From Gammaproteobacteria bacterium (lineage in GTDB: Bacteria; Pseudomonadota; Gammaproteobacteria; Eutrophobiales; Eutrophobiaceae): a DNA stretch of 64,000 bases. The notes below the pieces were generated by a model. It did no database searches, had not been told where the DNA came from, and saw only the letters and a list, made by a program, of their open reading frames with translations. Shown here piece after piece: positions 23,870 to 34,850 of this stretch (position 1 is the stretch's first letter; each line of letters opens with the position of its first letter). Position numbers and translations under genes: made by a program. Where the stretch lies: NCBI GenBank assembly GCA_963422205.2, contig CAXMWX010000007.1, positions 128,001 through 192,000 on the forward strand. The letters are read 5' to 3'.

Positions 23870-26170
23870 TCAAGGCTCTCTGCCCTCGGCCAGGGCGTCA
23901 GTATGCCAGAATCGACGGTGAATTTGCCGATGTTCCGACCATACAATCGTCGGGCCGGCGATGGTGAACGTCAACGCACCACTGACATAGCTATACAGCA
24001 ATGTCGCCCCGGCCTCCCGATAGCGCTGGATTATAGCCTGTTTTGGCAAATGAAAGCGGTTCCTGTAGCCCACGGGAAACACCGCAAACACAGGGCGGGT
24101 GGCACGAATGAAGGCCGGGCTGGATGAGGTCGCACTGCCGTGGTGCGGCACCAGCAAAATATCCGCATCCAGCTGATCGTCGCCTGCTGCCAGCAGCGCC
24201 CGTTCAGCCGCTTTTTCTATATCGCCCGGCAGCAGAATGCGAATCTCGGAATTCGATATCGCCAGCACACACGAGGCATTATTGCCGGTGAATCTGTCAG
24301 CCTGCCCGGGGTGCAGCAGCGACAGGGTTATCCCGTGCCATTGCCACTGCTGCCCGGCCTGACAATAAGCGGCATCAGCAGCCGGTATCGCCGCCGGTAC
24401 GCTGGCATAAATCCTGCCCACCGAGACAGCAGCCAGGATATCCTGCAAGCCACCGCTGTGATCCAGATCAGCATGGCTTTGAATGATGACATCCAGATGC
24501 CTGATCCCATGGTGGTGCAGATAAGGCAACACCACCGCCTGGCCGGTATTAAAACCGCTGGAAAACGCCGGGCCGGTATCATAGAGCAAGGTATGTGATC
24601 GGGTCTGAAGCAACACCGACAAGCCCTGCCCGACATCGAACACCGTCAACACCATGGCATCACTGGCAAGTCTTACTGGCCGGTATAAGGCCAGCGGCAG
24701 CAGGAGAAACACACACAAAAAGCCAGGAAACAGCCCCCTGGGAGCCAGCAGCACGACCACCGCCATGAGCGTGCAGAGTTTTATGTATAGTGGCAGATAA
24801 GGGAGTTGCAACTGGGCAAACGGCAACCCGCCGAGCCAGCGCATCACCAGCCAGAACGCCGTGATGCTGGCCTCACACAGGGTAAAAAAATATTCGGCTA
24901 TGGGTAAGTCCAGCAGGCTGAACACAGTCGCCAGGAAAGCCGAGGGTACGGTGATAAAACTCACCCAGGGAATCGCCAGCAGATTGGCCGGTATGCTTAA
25001 AGTCGGGACCTGCCCGAACAACACCAGCAACACCGGCAACAAGCCCAGGCCAATACAATATTGCAGCTTGAGCCAGGTCTGCATATAGCCGGGACGGTTG
25101 GCCCGCTGCACGGTGATCAGCAAGATGATCAACACAGCAGCGAACGATAACCAGAAGCTGTAAGACAAGGGCGCAAACGGATCATGCAGCAATACAGCCA
25201 GCAGGGCGAGGCCATAGACCGCCATGCTGCTGATACGCCGCCGGCCTAACAAAGCCAGCAAAACCGCCGCTATCATCAGCAAGGCACGCTGTGTCGGCAG
25301 GCTGAAGCCGGCCAGGGCGGCATAGACAGTTGCCATCAGCAAGGCAGACAGCGCACCGACATACTGCGCCGGCAGCCCGACCACAGGCAACAGGGTCACC
25401 GACCAGAGCCAGCGCCCCAGAAAAAACCCAAAGGCTGCCATCAAGCCGATGTGCAAACCGGAGATGGCCAGCAAATGCCCGGTGCCGGTCTTTTGCACGA
25501 TCTGCCAGTCCGCCGCCTGCATCTGGCTTCTGTCGCCCAGCACCAGCGCCAGAATGAGGGGTGAGGCCGCCTGCCCTAGCAGGTGCTGGCGGATGTATTC
25601 CCGAAGCCCATGGTAATTGTAAACCGACGTATCCGACTGCACGGTGACCGGCTGCCTGGCCACCACATAACCCAGCGCCCGGATATCACGCTGATACAAC
25701 CAGCGTTCATAATCAAAGCCACCCGGATTCATAAAGCCGTAAGGCCGCTTGAGCCGGGCCGACAGGCAGAGGTGCTGGCCGGCCAGTAGCTGGCGGGTCG
25801 GGTTATACCAGTTTAACCTGACCGTTTGCGGAAATGCCGTGAGATGGCGATCATGCAGGCGGGCTGATTTGACAGTAAAATCAAACCGGCTGCGGTGTGC
25901 CTGTCGTGCCGGCAGGCTGCTGACTGTGCCACACAGCGACAGGGTCTTCCCCTCAAGTGCCGGGTCAAGCCGGTCCCTCTCGGCCTGGTGGGCTGAGAAA
26001 ACCGTCCACAGAAAGCCCGACAACACCATGGCGAATAACCGTAAATAACAGCCACGTGTGAGCAGCCAGAGAACGGCAGGCAGCAGGACAAAAATCAGCG
26101 GCGGGGGCAGGTCGGGAAGTTGCAGGCACAGCAAAATGCCAAGCAAAAAACTAACCGAGATGGCGAACAT
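23870..26170 (-). CDS. comEC: DNA internalization competence protein ComEC/Rec2
   Basis: NPGGFDYE, HLLAISGLHIG, DVGQG, SHADLDHSGG, PHHGS. Confidence 0.95.
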   Translation of the reverse strand: MFAISVSFLLGILLCLQLPDLPPPLIFVLLPAVLWLLTRGCYLRLFAMVLSGFLWTVFSAHQAERDRLDPALEGKTLSLCGTVSSLPARQAHRSRFDFTVKSARLHDRHLTAFPQTVRLNWYNPTRQLLAGQHLCLSARLKRPYGFMNPGGFDYERWLYQRDIRALGYVVARQPVTVQSDTSVYNYHGLREYIRQHLLGQAASPLILALVLGDRSQMQAADWQIVQKTGTGHLLAISGLHIGLMAAFGFFLGRWLWSVTLLPVVGLPAQYVGALSALLMATVYAALAGFSLPTQRALLMIAAVLLALLGRRRISSMAVYGLALLAVLLHDPFAPLSYSFWLSFAAVLIILLITVQRANRPGYMQTWLKLQYCIGLGLLPVLLVLFGQVPTLSIPANLLAIPWVSFITVPSAFLATVFSLLDLPIAEYFFTLCEASITAFWLVMRWLGGLPFAQLQLPYLPLYIKLCTLMAVVVLLAPRGLFPGFLCVFLLLPLALYRPVRLASDAMVLTVFDVGQGLSVLLQTRSHTLLYDTGPAFSSGFNTGQAVVLPYLHHHGIRHLDVIIQSHADLDHSGGLQDILAAVSVGRIYASVPAAIPAADAAYCQAGQQWQWHGITLSLLHPGQADRFTGNNASCVLAISNSEIRILLPGDIEKAAERALLAAGDDQLDADILLVPHHGSATSSSPAFIRATRPVFAVFPVGYRNRFHLPKQAIIQRYREAGATLLYSYVSGALTFTIAGPTIVWSEHRQIHRRFWHTDALAEGREP

Positions 26171-26344
26171 GCAGCACTCCCTAGCCTGATACGAGGTCAT
26201 TTCCTAACCCTCATATCCTAGCCTGATAGCGGTTTGGCGTCCAGCATCTGGCATGGTCAAGCCGAAGACATGTTGGCTATAATGCTGTGTTTTTTCAGAC
26301 AACTTGATATCCATCATGGGGATATCCATCATGGGGCATCTATC

Positions 26345-26878
26345 ATGGGATTAAAGCGATTTTTCCAACGCATCCTGCCGCACAAGGAGCATTTTACCCA
26401 ACACAAACACCTCGCCTGGTTAGGCAACATTCTGCATGATCCGGATATTTTTCATATCACCCGGCGCTCCATGTCGGGCGGTGTGGCCGTGGGTTTGTCT
26501 CTGGCCTTTATCCCCATCCCCGGGCAAACGATCCTCGCCGCCCTGGCAGCGATCTATTTTCGTGTCAACCTGGCCCTGGCCATCACGCTGGTCTGGATCA
26601 CCAATCCATTGACACTGCCGGCCATCTTTTATCTTGCCTATAAAACCGGGGCGCTGTTATTGAATGAGCCGCTGATGCCGGTCAGCTTTGAATTTTCCTA
26701 CAGCTGGCTGAACGATAAGATAAGTACACTGTGGGATGTGGTGCTGGTCGGCTGCCTTGCCCTGTCCACAACGGCAGGTGTGCTGGGTTATCTCATCACC
26801 GATTATGCCTGGCGGCTGGCCGTTGTGCGAAAAATGCAGGCGAGAAAACAGCGGAAATCGTCAGATCGGATCACCTGA
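26345..26878 (+). CDS. DUF2062 family membrane protein
   Basis: RRSMSGGVAVG..IPIPGQ..WITNPLT; typical position between lolD and comEC. Confidence 0.85.
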   Translation: MGLKRFFQRILPHKEHFTQHKHLAWLGNILHDPDIFHITRRSMSGGVAVGLSLAFIPIPGQTILAALAAIYFRVNLALAITLVWITNPLTLPAIFYLAYKTGALLLNEPLMPVSFEFSYSWLNDKISTLWDVVLVGCLALSTTAGVLGYLITDYAWRLAVVRKMQARKQRKSSDRIT

Positions 26879-26895
26879 AAAACCCCGAACACACC

Positions 26896-27585
26896 TCAGC
26901 CGGCATAGCTGCAAAGCTGCCCGTTGGTCAGCTCATACACCGCATCAAAATTATTCAGCAAGGAAAGATTATGCGTCACCATCACCATGCTGACAGCGTG
27001 GGTTTTATTTAACGCCAGCAGCAATTCAAAGACATGCTGTGCTGTCTTCTCATCCAGATTACCGGTCGGCTCATCGGCCAACAGACAGGCCGGCCGGCTG
27101 ATCAAGGCCCGGGCGATCGCCACCCGCTGCCGTTCCCCGCCGGACATCTCTGCCGGTTTATGCCGCCGCCGGTCTGCCAGCCCCACATCCGCCAGCATCT
27201 GGCCGGCCTGCTGCTTCACCGTTGCTGTATCCTCACCACGCACCAGCAGCGGCATGGCCACGTTCTCCAGTGCTGTGAACTCCGGCAGCAGATGATGGAA
27301 CTGATACACAAACGCCAGCGTCCGATTCCTTACCTGGCTAAGTGCCGGCTCCCCCAGGTGCTGCAATGTCCTGCCCTTGACAGTGACCGTGCCGGCAGAG
27401 GGCGTATCAAGGCCGCCCAAAAGGTGCAGCAAGGTACTTTTGCCAGAGCCTGATGCGCCGACAATGCCGATACACTGGCCTTGCAAGACCGCCAGATCAA
27501 CCCCCCGCAATACCTCCACGGACAGCACCCCCTCATGGAATGATTTTTTCAGCCCCTGACAGCCAAGCACCAGTGCCTCATTCAT
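26896..27585 (-). CDS. lolD: Lipoprotein-releasing ABC transporter ATPase
   Basis: GASGSGKST, FVYQFHHLLPEFTALENV, SGGERQRVAIARAL. Confidence 0.95.
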   Translation of the reverse strand: MNEALVLGCQGLKKSFHEGVLSVEVLRGVDLAVLQGQCIGIVGASGSGKSTLLHLLGGLDTPSAGTVTVKGRTLQHLGEPALSQVRNRTLAFVYQFHHLLPEFTALENVAMPLLVRGEDTATVKQQAGQMLADVGLADRRRHKPAEMSGGERQRVAIARALISRPACLLADEPTGNLDEKTAQHVFELLLALNKTHAVSMVMVTHNLSLLNNFDAVYELTNGQLCSYAG

Positions 27586-28822
27586 AGCGCAGGGCCTCGG
27601 CCGGGTTGATACGTGATGCCCGAAAGGCCGGGTAGAGCGTGGCGGTTAAGCTGAAGATAAAGGCAACGCTGTTGATAATGATGACATCACGCCAGCGCAG
27701 GTCCGAAGGCAACTCGCTGATGTAATAAATACTGGCATCGAGAAAATCGGTATTCAACCAGCGCTCGATGGCCGGCACGATGGTCTCGACATGGCTCGCC
27801 AGGGCGATCCCCGCCACATTGCCCAGCAGAATCCCCACCACGCCAATCACCATGCCCTGGATCATAAAAATACCCATGATGCGCCCGGGCGTGACACCCA
27901 GCGTCCTCAAGACGGCAATATCGGCTTGCTTGTCCGAGACCACCATCACCAGCGTGGAAATGATGTTGAAGGCAGCCACGGCAACAATCAGCGCCAGGAT
28001 AAAGGCCATCACTGTCTTCTCCGTCTTCAGTGCCTTGAAGAAATTGCGGTGCCGCTGTGTCCAGTCAATCACACCATAGCGTCCTGGTATGGCCTGCATG
28101 ATGTCCCGGCTCACAGCAGGCGCCCGCAGCATATCGGCCGTCTTCAGCCGCAAACCGGCCGGTGCGTCCCGGCGAAAAAGTGTCAGCGCATCAGCAAGAT
28201 GAATAAGCGCAAGGCCACTGTCAAATTCCCCCATCCCCACTTCAAACGTGCCTATGACAGTGAAGCGCTTCAGCCTTGGCAACAGACCCGCCGGCGTGAT
28301 GCCGGCCTCTGGTACGATCAGGGTGATCTTGTCGCCTGTCAGCACGCCCAGGGTACGTGCCGCCTCAGCCCCCAGAATAATGCCGAAACCGCCCGCTTGA
28401 AGATCAGCAAAACGCCCGCTCGCCATCCGCCCGGCGATGACAGATACCCGGGCCTCCTCTGCCGGCAGAATGCCGCGAATCACACTGCCCTGCACACGTT
28501 TATCAAACACCAGCATCCCCTCGGCACGAAAATAGGGCGCCACGGCGATGATCTCCGGGTGCCGCTGTATCTGCTGTGCCAGCGTGCGCCAGTCCTGCAA
28601 GTCGCCACTGTAATCTATGATCGTTGCATGTGCCGCCATGCCCAGGATGCGCTCCTTTAATTCTTTTTCAAACCCGTTCATGACAGATAACACCGTGATC
28701 AAGGCCATCACCCCCAGGCCAATGCCCAGCATGGAGATCAGAGAAATGAAAGAGATAAAATGATTGCGGCGCTTTGCCCGTACATACCGCAGGCCGATGA
28801 ATGCCTCGAATGGTTTATACAT
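27578..28822 (-). CDS. lolC: Lipoprotein-releasing ABC transporter permease LolC/E
   Basis: IGLRYVRAKRRNHFISFIS, VLSVMNGFE, VAAFNIISTLVMVV. Confidence 0.93.
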   Translation of the reverse strand: MYKPFEAFIGLRYVRAKRRNHFISFISLISMLGIGLGVMALITVLSVMNGFEKELKERILGMAAHATIIDYSGDLQDWRTLAQQIQRHPEIIAVAPYFRAEGMLVFDKRVQGSVIRGILPAEEARVSVIAGRMASGRFADLQAGGFGIILGAEAARTLGVLTGDKITLIVPEAGITPAGLLPRLKRFTVIGTFEVGMGEFDSGLALIHLADALTLFRRDAPAGLRLKTADMLRAPAVSRDIMQAIPGRYGVIDWTQRHRNFFKALKTEKTVMAFILALIVAVAAFNIISTLVMVVSDKQADIAVLRTLGVTPGRIMGIFMIQGMVIGVVGILLGNVAGIALASHVETIVPAIERWLNTDFLDASIYYISELPSDLRWRDVIIINSVAFIFSLTATLYPAFRASRINPAEALRYE

Positions 28823-28898
28823 GCGCTGGATTATAAATGACGCCAGGGTTACTATCACGCAAAACCTGTCCGGTCAGGTAAGTCTGTCATTTGCCGTT

Positions 28899-29576
28899 AT
28901 GAAAATCCTTGCCCTTGATACGTCAACTGAAGCCTGTTCAGCCGCCCTGCTGGTTGAGGATCAGATCAGCACATGCCGCCGCATCGCACCGCGCAAACAT
29001 GCCGCCCTGATCCTGCCGATGATCGATTCCTTATTGCAGGCCGCCACGCTGCCATTAGCCGCACTTGATGCGATTGCATTCGGTCGTGGTCCGGGCGCAT
29101 TCACCGGTGTACGCATAGCGGCGGGGGTGACACAGGGGCTGGCCTATGGCAGCGATCTGCCCGTGATCCCTATCTCCTCATTAGCCGCACTGGCACAGGC
29201 GGCCATCGACAAGGCAGAGACCATCATCGCCGCCATCGATGCCCGCATGGGAGAGATTTATTATGGTCAGTTCAGCACGGTCAGCGGGCGGGCAATACCG
29301 TTATGCGAAGAGCGAATCGGCAAGCCAGATCAAATAAAAACAGCGCAGATGATGCAGCATGCGACTGGAAGCCTCTATGGTATGGGCAGCGGCTGGGGGA
29401 CATACGAAGCCGTGCTGCTGGCACACTGCCAGAACCGGCTGCGGGGATATGATGCCGAGGCCCTGCCGTTGGCCGAGCATATTCTCCCGCTGGCGATTGC
29501 GGCAGTTGAAGATAAGCAGGCACAACCCGCCAGCCAGGCCCTGCCGGTGTATCTGCGTAACCAAATCACAGATTAA
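28899..29576 (+). CDS. tsaB: tRNA threonylcarbamoyladenosine biosynthesis protein TsaB
   Basis: MKILALDTSTEACSAAL, GRGPGAFTGVRI, IDARMGEIY. Confidence 0.96.
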   Translation: MKILALDTSTEACSAALLVEDQISTCRRIAPRKHAALILPMIDSLLQAATLPLAALDAIAFGRGPGAFTGVRIAAGVTQGLAYGSDLPVIPISSLAALAQAAIDKAETIIAAIDARMGEIYYGQFSTVSGRAIPLCEERIGKPDQIKTAQMMQHATGSLYGMGSGWGTYEAVLLAHCQNRLRGYDAEALPLAEHILPLAIAAVEDKQAQPASQALPVYLRNQITD

Positions 29577-29747
29577 AATACAAAAACAGAGACAGCACTT
29601 ACCATCCATGTGGACGTGTATGCTATAGTATCTGCCATGAATATTGCTGCCTTTGCCCAGGCGCTGGATCATCAGGCGGCTGCGAAAGCGGGTATGCAGC
29701 ATCTTGTCGACATCGACCATCACATTGAGCAATAAGAGACCACAAAC

Positions 29748-30035
29748 ATGAACATGGCAACCCTGATGATGACGACTATTGGCATAGGCATTTCCCTGGC
29801 CGGCCTGATGATTGGCCTGGTGGCCTGGCTGCGAGCCGATACCCGCCGCATGGAAGATCGCTTGCGTGAAGATACGCGCCGCATGGAAGAGCGCTTGCAG
29901 GCGGAGATCACGGCAATCCACAAGGACATCAACGCCCATCGTAAAGAGACTGCCCAGTTGCGTGAGCGCATGGCGCACCTGGAAGGGTTGCTTGATGGGC
30001 TGCGTGAGGCCATTGTTGCACGTGCCGCCGCCTGA
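29748..30035 (+). CDS. Small membrane-anchored coiled-coil protein with an internal 33-bp repeat
   Basis: N-terminal TM; DTRRMEDRLRE/DTRRMEERLQA repeat; LRERMAHLEGLL. Confidence 0.7.
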   Translation: MNMATLMMTTIGIGISLAGLMIGLVAWLRADTRRMEDRLREDTRRMEERLQAEITAIHKDINAHRKETAQLRERMAHLEGLLDGLREAIVARAAA

Positions 30036-30142
30036 GTGATCTGCTTGCTAATCGACCCCCATACATAACCCAGCCAACACCAGAAGGACAACTATGACAA
30101 ATTCCCGCACCAACACCACTGCAACAATGAGACTATGACCCC

Positions 30143-30502
30143 ATGAGCCAGGTCGCCTTTGACACCCTGAAATTTACCCGTCGGCTGAAAGAGGTCGGTG
30201 TCCCTGAACGGCAGGCTGAGGCCGAAGCCGAGGCCATTAACGATGCTTTTAGTGAAGCCCTGAATACCCGGGTAGCGACCAAAGAGGATATTCAGAAGCT
30301 GAAGGATGACATACAGGCATTCAAGGATGAGGTGAAAAAAGATACGCAAGGCTTGAAGGATGAAGTAACCAAGCTGGGCGCCAGGATGGATAACCTGGAT
30401 ACCGAGCTAACGGCCAGGATTAATCTGGTTCACTGGATGATCGGCTTTAACCTCATTATGACAACGGGCATACTTTGGAAGTTGTTCATCCCGGCAGCTT
30501 GA
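30143..30502 (+). CDS. DUF1640/CCDC90-family coiled-coil protein, copy 1
   Basis: [22 protein letters not shown] head, ATKEDI neck, C-terminal TM. Confidence 0.85.
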   Translation: MSQVAFDTLKFTRRLKEVGVPERQAEAEAEAINDAFSEALNTRVATKEDIQKLKDDIQAFKDEVKKDTQGLKDEVTKLGARMDNLDTELTARINLVHWMIGFNLIMTTGILWKLFIPAA

Positions 30503-30582
30503 CCACACCCATAACAAAACCATTAACACAACCATGACAAGCCCCCACATCAAAACCATCACAGCACTGAGATAATAAACCC

Positions 30583-31011
30583 ATGAGCCAAGTCGCCTTT
30601 GATACCTTGAAGTTTACCCGTCGGCTGAAAGAGGTCGGCGTCCCTGAACAGCAGGCTGAGGCCGAAGCGGAAGCCATTAACGATGCTTTTAGTGAAGCCC
30701 TGAATACCCGGGTAGCGACCAAAGAGGATATTCAGAAGCTGAAGGACGACATGCAGGCATTCAAGGATGAGGTGAAAAAAGATGCACAAGGTTTGAAGGA
30801 TGACATGCAGGCATTCAAGGATGAGGTGAAAGCAGATACGCAAGGCTTGAAGGATGACATGCAGGCATTCAAGGATGAGGTGAAAGCAGATACGCAAGGC
30901 TTGAAGGATGAGGTGCAGGACATAAAGGCAGAGCAACGTCTGTTTAAGTGGATGATCGGCTTTAACCTCATTATGACAACGGGTATACTCTGGAAGTTGT
31001 TCAGCCAGTGA
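30583..31011 (+). CDS. DUF1640/CCDC90-family coiled-coil protein, copy 2, with expanded 54-bp tandem repeats
   Basis: Near-identical head and TM to copy 1; three LKDDMQAFKDEVKxDxQG units. Confidence 0.85.
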   Translation: MSQVAFDTLKFTRRLKEVGVPEQQAEAEAEAINDAFSEALNTRVATKEDIQKLKDDMQAFKDEVKKDAQGLKDDMQAFKDEVKADTQGLKDDMQAFKDEVKADTQGLKDEVQDIKAEQRLFKWMIGFNLIMTTGILWKLFSQ

Positions 31012-31873
31012 CCTGACAGGAAACGCCCGACACGCACCTATGACTATGACAAATACCCCAAATTCAACAAACGACAGAAGCATAGCCATGATAAATCACA
31101 CCAGCAGCGAACACCTTTACACCATCGCCATGCCAGACAATCAACGGTTGAGCAGCCGCTTTTCTACTGCCTGCGGTTTATCAATCTACCCCACACCCAC
31201 AAGAAATCACTAATAAAAACAAGATCTTACCTAACTTATCTAAAAAATATCACAACCGGCGGACGTGCCGCCAGCCACCGCAGCGCCCTGTCACCGGGGG
31301 GCGGTGTAGTATGGTCGGGATCAGCGCCGGTTCGGGGGGAGGATTTCCACGGGGCGGCAAGACAACCCTTATCACCAACAACCGCGCCAAATCTGCTCTA
31401 ACCACGCGCCCGAGCGGCCTGCTCACCGGCGCAGGAAGGTCGGTAGTCCGCATGAAAACGGCTGGCAGAGCAGGCCGCACCAAAGTCGACATAAGCAAAG
31501 GCGGGATCATAACCCGCAGGATAACGGGGGTCAGGGCCGACATCAGCCCGCCCGATAATCATGTGCTACGACATAACCCAAAGCCGTTCGCATTGGGCAT
31601 TGGCATGAAAGCCACCGGCACAATCAGGGGCGACAGAGCCGAACTCACCCAATCCACTGCCTTGCCGGCGCTGATGTCGCCGGTTTGGTCACCCGAACCC
31701 ACGCCGTTTGGCATAAACAGATAAAACCGATGGAGATAATCGCCATGAATCACCAACGCCCCCTGACCCGCAGCCTGTTGACGGCGGGTTTTGCCATTCA
31801 CAAAGCCACAGCTTCTTCGTTGCCGCTCAGAATCACAGGTGACTGTCCTCTTCTGAGCCGTCTATGCCTCCTC

Positions 31874-31954
31874 GTCATCCTGAGCAGTCGCAGACTGCGA
31901 AGAATCTGCCACCATCATCGGGGCGCAGCCTCCTCGCTGCCGTTCAGAATGACA
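31874..31954. repeat. REP/CIR-like palindromic element
   Basis: GTCATCCTGAGC...GCGAAGAATCT...GTTCAGAATGAC; same family as the copies at 54.6-54.9 kb. Confidence 0.7.
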
Positions 31955-32131
31955 AAGAGAGGCAGAATGTCGAAAGGTGTCGCCGTTGCTGGTCGGGGCG
32001 CTGCCACGACCCGAAGCTCGGTAGCCAAATCCGCCCTGACGATGCATCTGAAGACAGACAACCCAATGCCCCTTATAAAAGTGACCGATATGAAAATGAT
32101 CACCATGAAAACGATCCCGGAAACAACCAAC

Positions 32132-34529
32132 ATGAAAACAGCACACCGTACCACCCGAATCACCCCTCTAGCCTGGCTTCTGCTCACCTGCCTCTTAGGC
32201 ACCACACCGCCCTGGCCGCGTCTTTTAACGTCACCACCGATACGGTGAGAACCACGGAATACACCTTGGATGCGAACGGCGAGACCGGCACCATCGCCGC
32301 CGGGGTGACCCTAAGCGGTGCGGCCAGTGGTAATTTCCTGGAATTGGTGGTTCTTAATAGTGGCACTGACCTCAGCCTGGATATCAGTGGCACCCTGCGG
32401 CTGACGGGCAGCACTTCTGGTCGCAGTGCGCTCTGGGCGCAAGCTGATGGTACGAGCACCAATCCGAACACCGTCCGCATTCGCAGCACTGGCCTGTTGG
32501 ATTTGCAAAGCACCGGCGACGATTCCGCAGCGGTGTTTATAGAGGGCGCTCATACCAGGCTGAACCTGGATATGGGCGGGCGCATCCGCAGCACCCATAA
32601 CAATGCCGTGCTAACTGACACTGACACCACCATCAATGTGGCGGGCACCATCACCACCGAGGGCCGCGGGGGTCATCCAACGGCAACAGCGCTATCTCGA
32701 CTTTTAGCGATGTCAATAATGTCACTATCCACCTTATGGCCCGCGGCCTGCTGGAAACCAACACCTGTCTGCGGGTGGACACCACCGCCTGCCCCGCCGG
32801 GGCCAACCCCTCCAACGGCCACGGTATAAACGTTTCCGGGGAAAACACCAATATCACCCTAGGCACGGCGGGGACTGGCGTCAGCTTTGATACCACGACC
32901 GCCAGCAACAACGCCCGCATTATCACCCAGGGCCCTGACTCCCACGGCATCCGCCTTTTTGCCGACGGGAACGCGGCGACAACCAATATCGGCCGCATCA
33001 CCACCTACGCCGACAGCCTGATCAGTACCACCGGCGCTGGCGCCCACGGCATCTTGATTGACAATACCATTGGTGCCACCAATACCGCCCCAGTGGCGCT
33101 GGATTTAGGCGGGCGTATCGAGGTCACCGGTGCCAATGCGGTGGGCCTGCAACTTAGTGACGCCAACCTCGCCCTGGCCGATGTGGATGGCGATACAACC
33201 AACGGCGGCGAAATCCGCATTACCGGCGGGATCAGCACCGACGGTATCGCCGCCGCCATTCGCGATAGCAGTAACACCAGCATTCGGCTGCTGCTCAATG
33301 GCGCTGCTATCACCGGCGATATTGATCTCGGCGCCGGGGCGGATAGGCTGGAGATGACCGGCAGCACCACCCTGAGGGGCGATATCGCTGCCGGTGCAGG
33401 CAATGATACGCTGACACTGACCGGCACCACCTTCATCGGCCTTTTCGTCCCGGTCTTAGGCGGTGCCATCACCGAGGACATCAACATGGGCGCGGGCAAT
33501 GATGAGATCACCTTCAACAGCACCGCCACCAGTTACATCGGCGACATTGACCTCGATGCGGGGGATGACACGCTCACCCTGAATGCCAACGTGGATATCG
33601 ATTTCACCACTGGCGGCATTGATCTGGGCACCGGCGGTGATACCCTGAACCTGAACAGCTTTGTCCTGCCTGCCGGGGCCTTGCCCAGCTTCGGCGATGA
33701 CGATGATACGCTGGTGCTGAACGGCAGCGCCAGCCTCGGCAGCAGCGTCCCGCAAACCAGCGGATCGGCGGTCATCACCCGCCAGACCATCAACATGGGC
33801 GATGGCGATGACAGGGTCGAATTTAACAGCACGGAAATCAGCTACATCGAGGACATCATTCTGGGCGATGGTGACGATAGCCTCAGACTGGGTGTGGGCC
33901 TGAATCTGCCCACTGGCAGGGTGCTGGACGGCGGCAGCCGTCCCGATGAACTGAGAGGGTATGATGTCAATGCCACCTGGGCAGTGACCGGGGCGGCGAC
34001 GGGCAACACCTATAACCCGGCGGGACCCGGCCAGACCATCGCCTTCACCAGTTTTGGGTTGCTGACCGGCGGGGCGATGGCGGATACCTTTAATGTCAGC
34101 GCCGACCACACGGGGAGTCTCTTCGGCAACGGTGGGGCGGATATCTTCAACCTCACCGGCGGCACACTCTCAGGCGGCTTGGTCGGTCGCCTGGGTAATG
34201 ATACCTTCACCCTCAGCGGCAGCGGCAGCGCCATCCTCCAGGGCAATATCAACGGCGGGGCGGGCGATGATGAGCTTGAACTGACGGGCGCCGCCGCCAT
34301 CGGCACGGCCAACACCAGTGGCAGCATCGACATGGGCACGGGCAATGATGCCGTCACCCTTAACAGCAGCGCCACCAGTTACCTGTTCAACTTTGATCTC
34401 GGTGCGGGGGATGATTCCCTCGTCTTAAATGCGAACCTGAATCTGACCGCCGGTGCCACCTCACCGGCGGGGCGGACACGGATACCCTCAACGGCTATGC
34501 GGCCGATGCCACCTGGACGCTGGCCGCCG
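32132..34529 (+). pseudogene. Large beta-helical/RTX-like adhesin or autotransporter passenger, frameshifted and truncated at the prophage left end
   Basis: Signal-like MKTAHRTTRITPLAWLLLTCLLG; Gly/Thr/Asn-rich repeats IDLGAGADRL, INMGAGNDEI, INGGAGDDEL; at least three frame changes; no C-terminal beta-barrel. Confidence 0.7.
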
Positions 34530-34584
34530 CAGACTAGAATCTTGCGAAAGATGGAGTGCTATTGATGCGAAAGATGGTTGTGTA
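34530..34584 (+). repeat. Left terminal inverted repeat of the prophage
   Basis: CAGACTAGAATCTTGCGAAAGATGGAGTGCTATTGATGCGAAAGATGGTTGTGTA matches the reverse complement of 54513-54566; contains TGCGAAAGATGG twice. Confidence 0.8.
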
Positions 34585-34699
34585 TTTTTTTCTGGGATTT
34601 TCAAAATCCAATGCATGTTGACGGAATCAAACGGGATTTTGCGGAATCTGGTGGAATTTTTTGCTTGGTTTTTGCGGGTGTCTCGGCTATGATTTAACC

Positions 34700-34850
34700 A
34701 TTGCCAAGGCAAAATCTGCGTGCGAGTGCTGCGGGGGTAGCCCACCCCTTAAAAGTTCTAAACCGAGCCAGTTCGCTGGTGAGGGTAAATCGGAGGTGTA
34801 TACCGCAGCCCTCCGCTTGGCATGCGAGAGGCTTCGGGCGGCCCTCTCAC
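34700..34850 (-). ncRNA. Candidate structured (pseudoknotted) RNA immediately downstream of the MuF-nuclease gene
   Basis: Complementary segments 34702-08/34816-22, 34791-96/34810-15, 34728-34/34803-09, and hairpin 34768-79; G-U pairs favour the minus strand. Confidence 0.5.

Noticed and set aside
26307-26349. Short tandem GATATCCATCATGGG duplication upstream of DUF2062
   Set aside because: Two to three degenerate 15-bp copies, most simply local slippage; no evidence of function.
30730-30915. 54-bp repeats as CRISPR or a DGR template/variable pair
   Set aside because: They are in-frame coding repeats of a coiled coil, with no spacers, no adenine-specific variation pattern and no reverse transcriptase in the window.
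31250-32130. ORFs 31311-31724 and 31685-32248, and a possible riboswitch upstream of the adhesin
   Set aside because: The ORFs lack recognisable motifs and run through palindromic repeats; partial resemblance to c-di-GMP riboswitch motifs was too weak to call.
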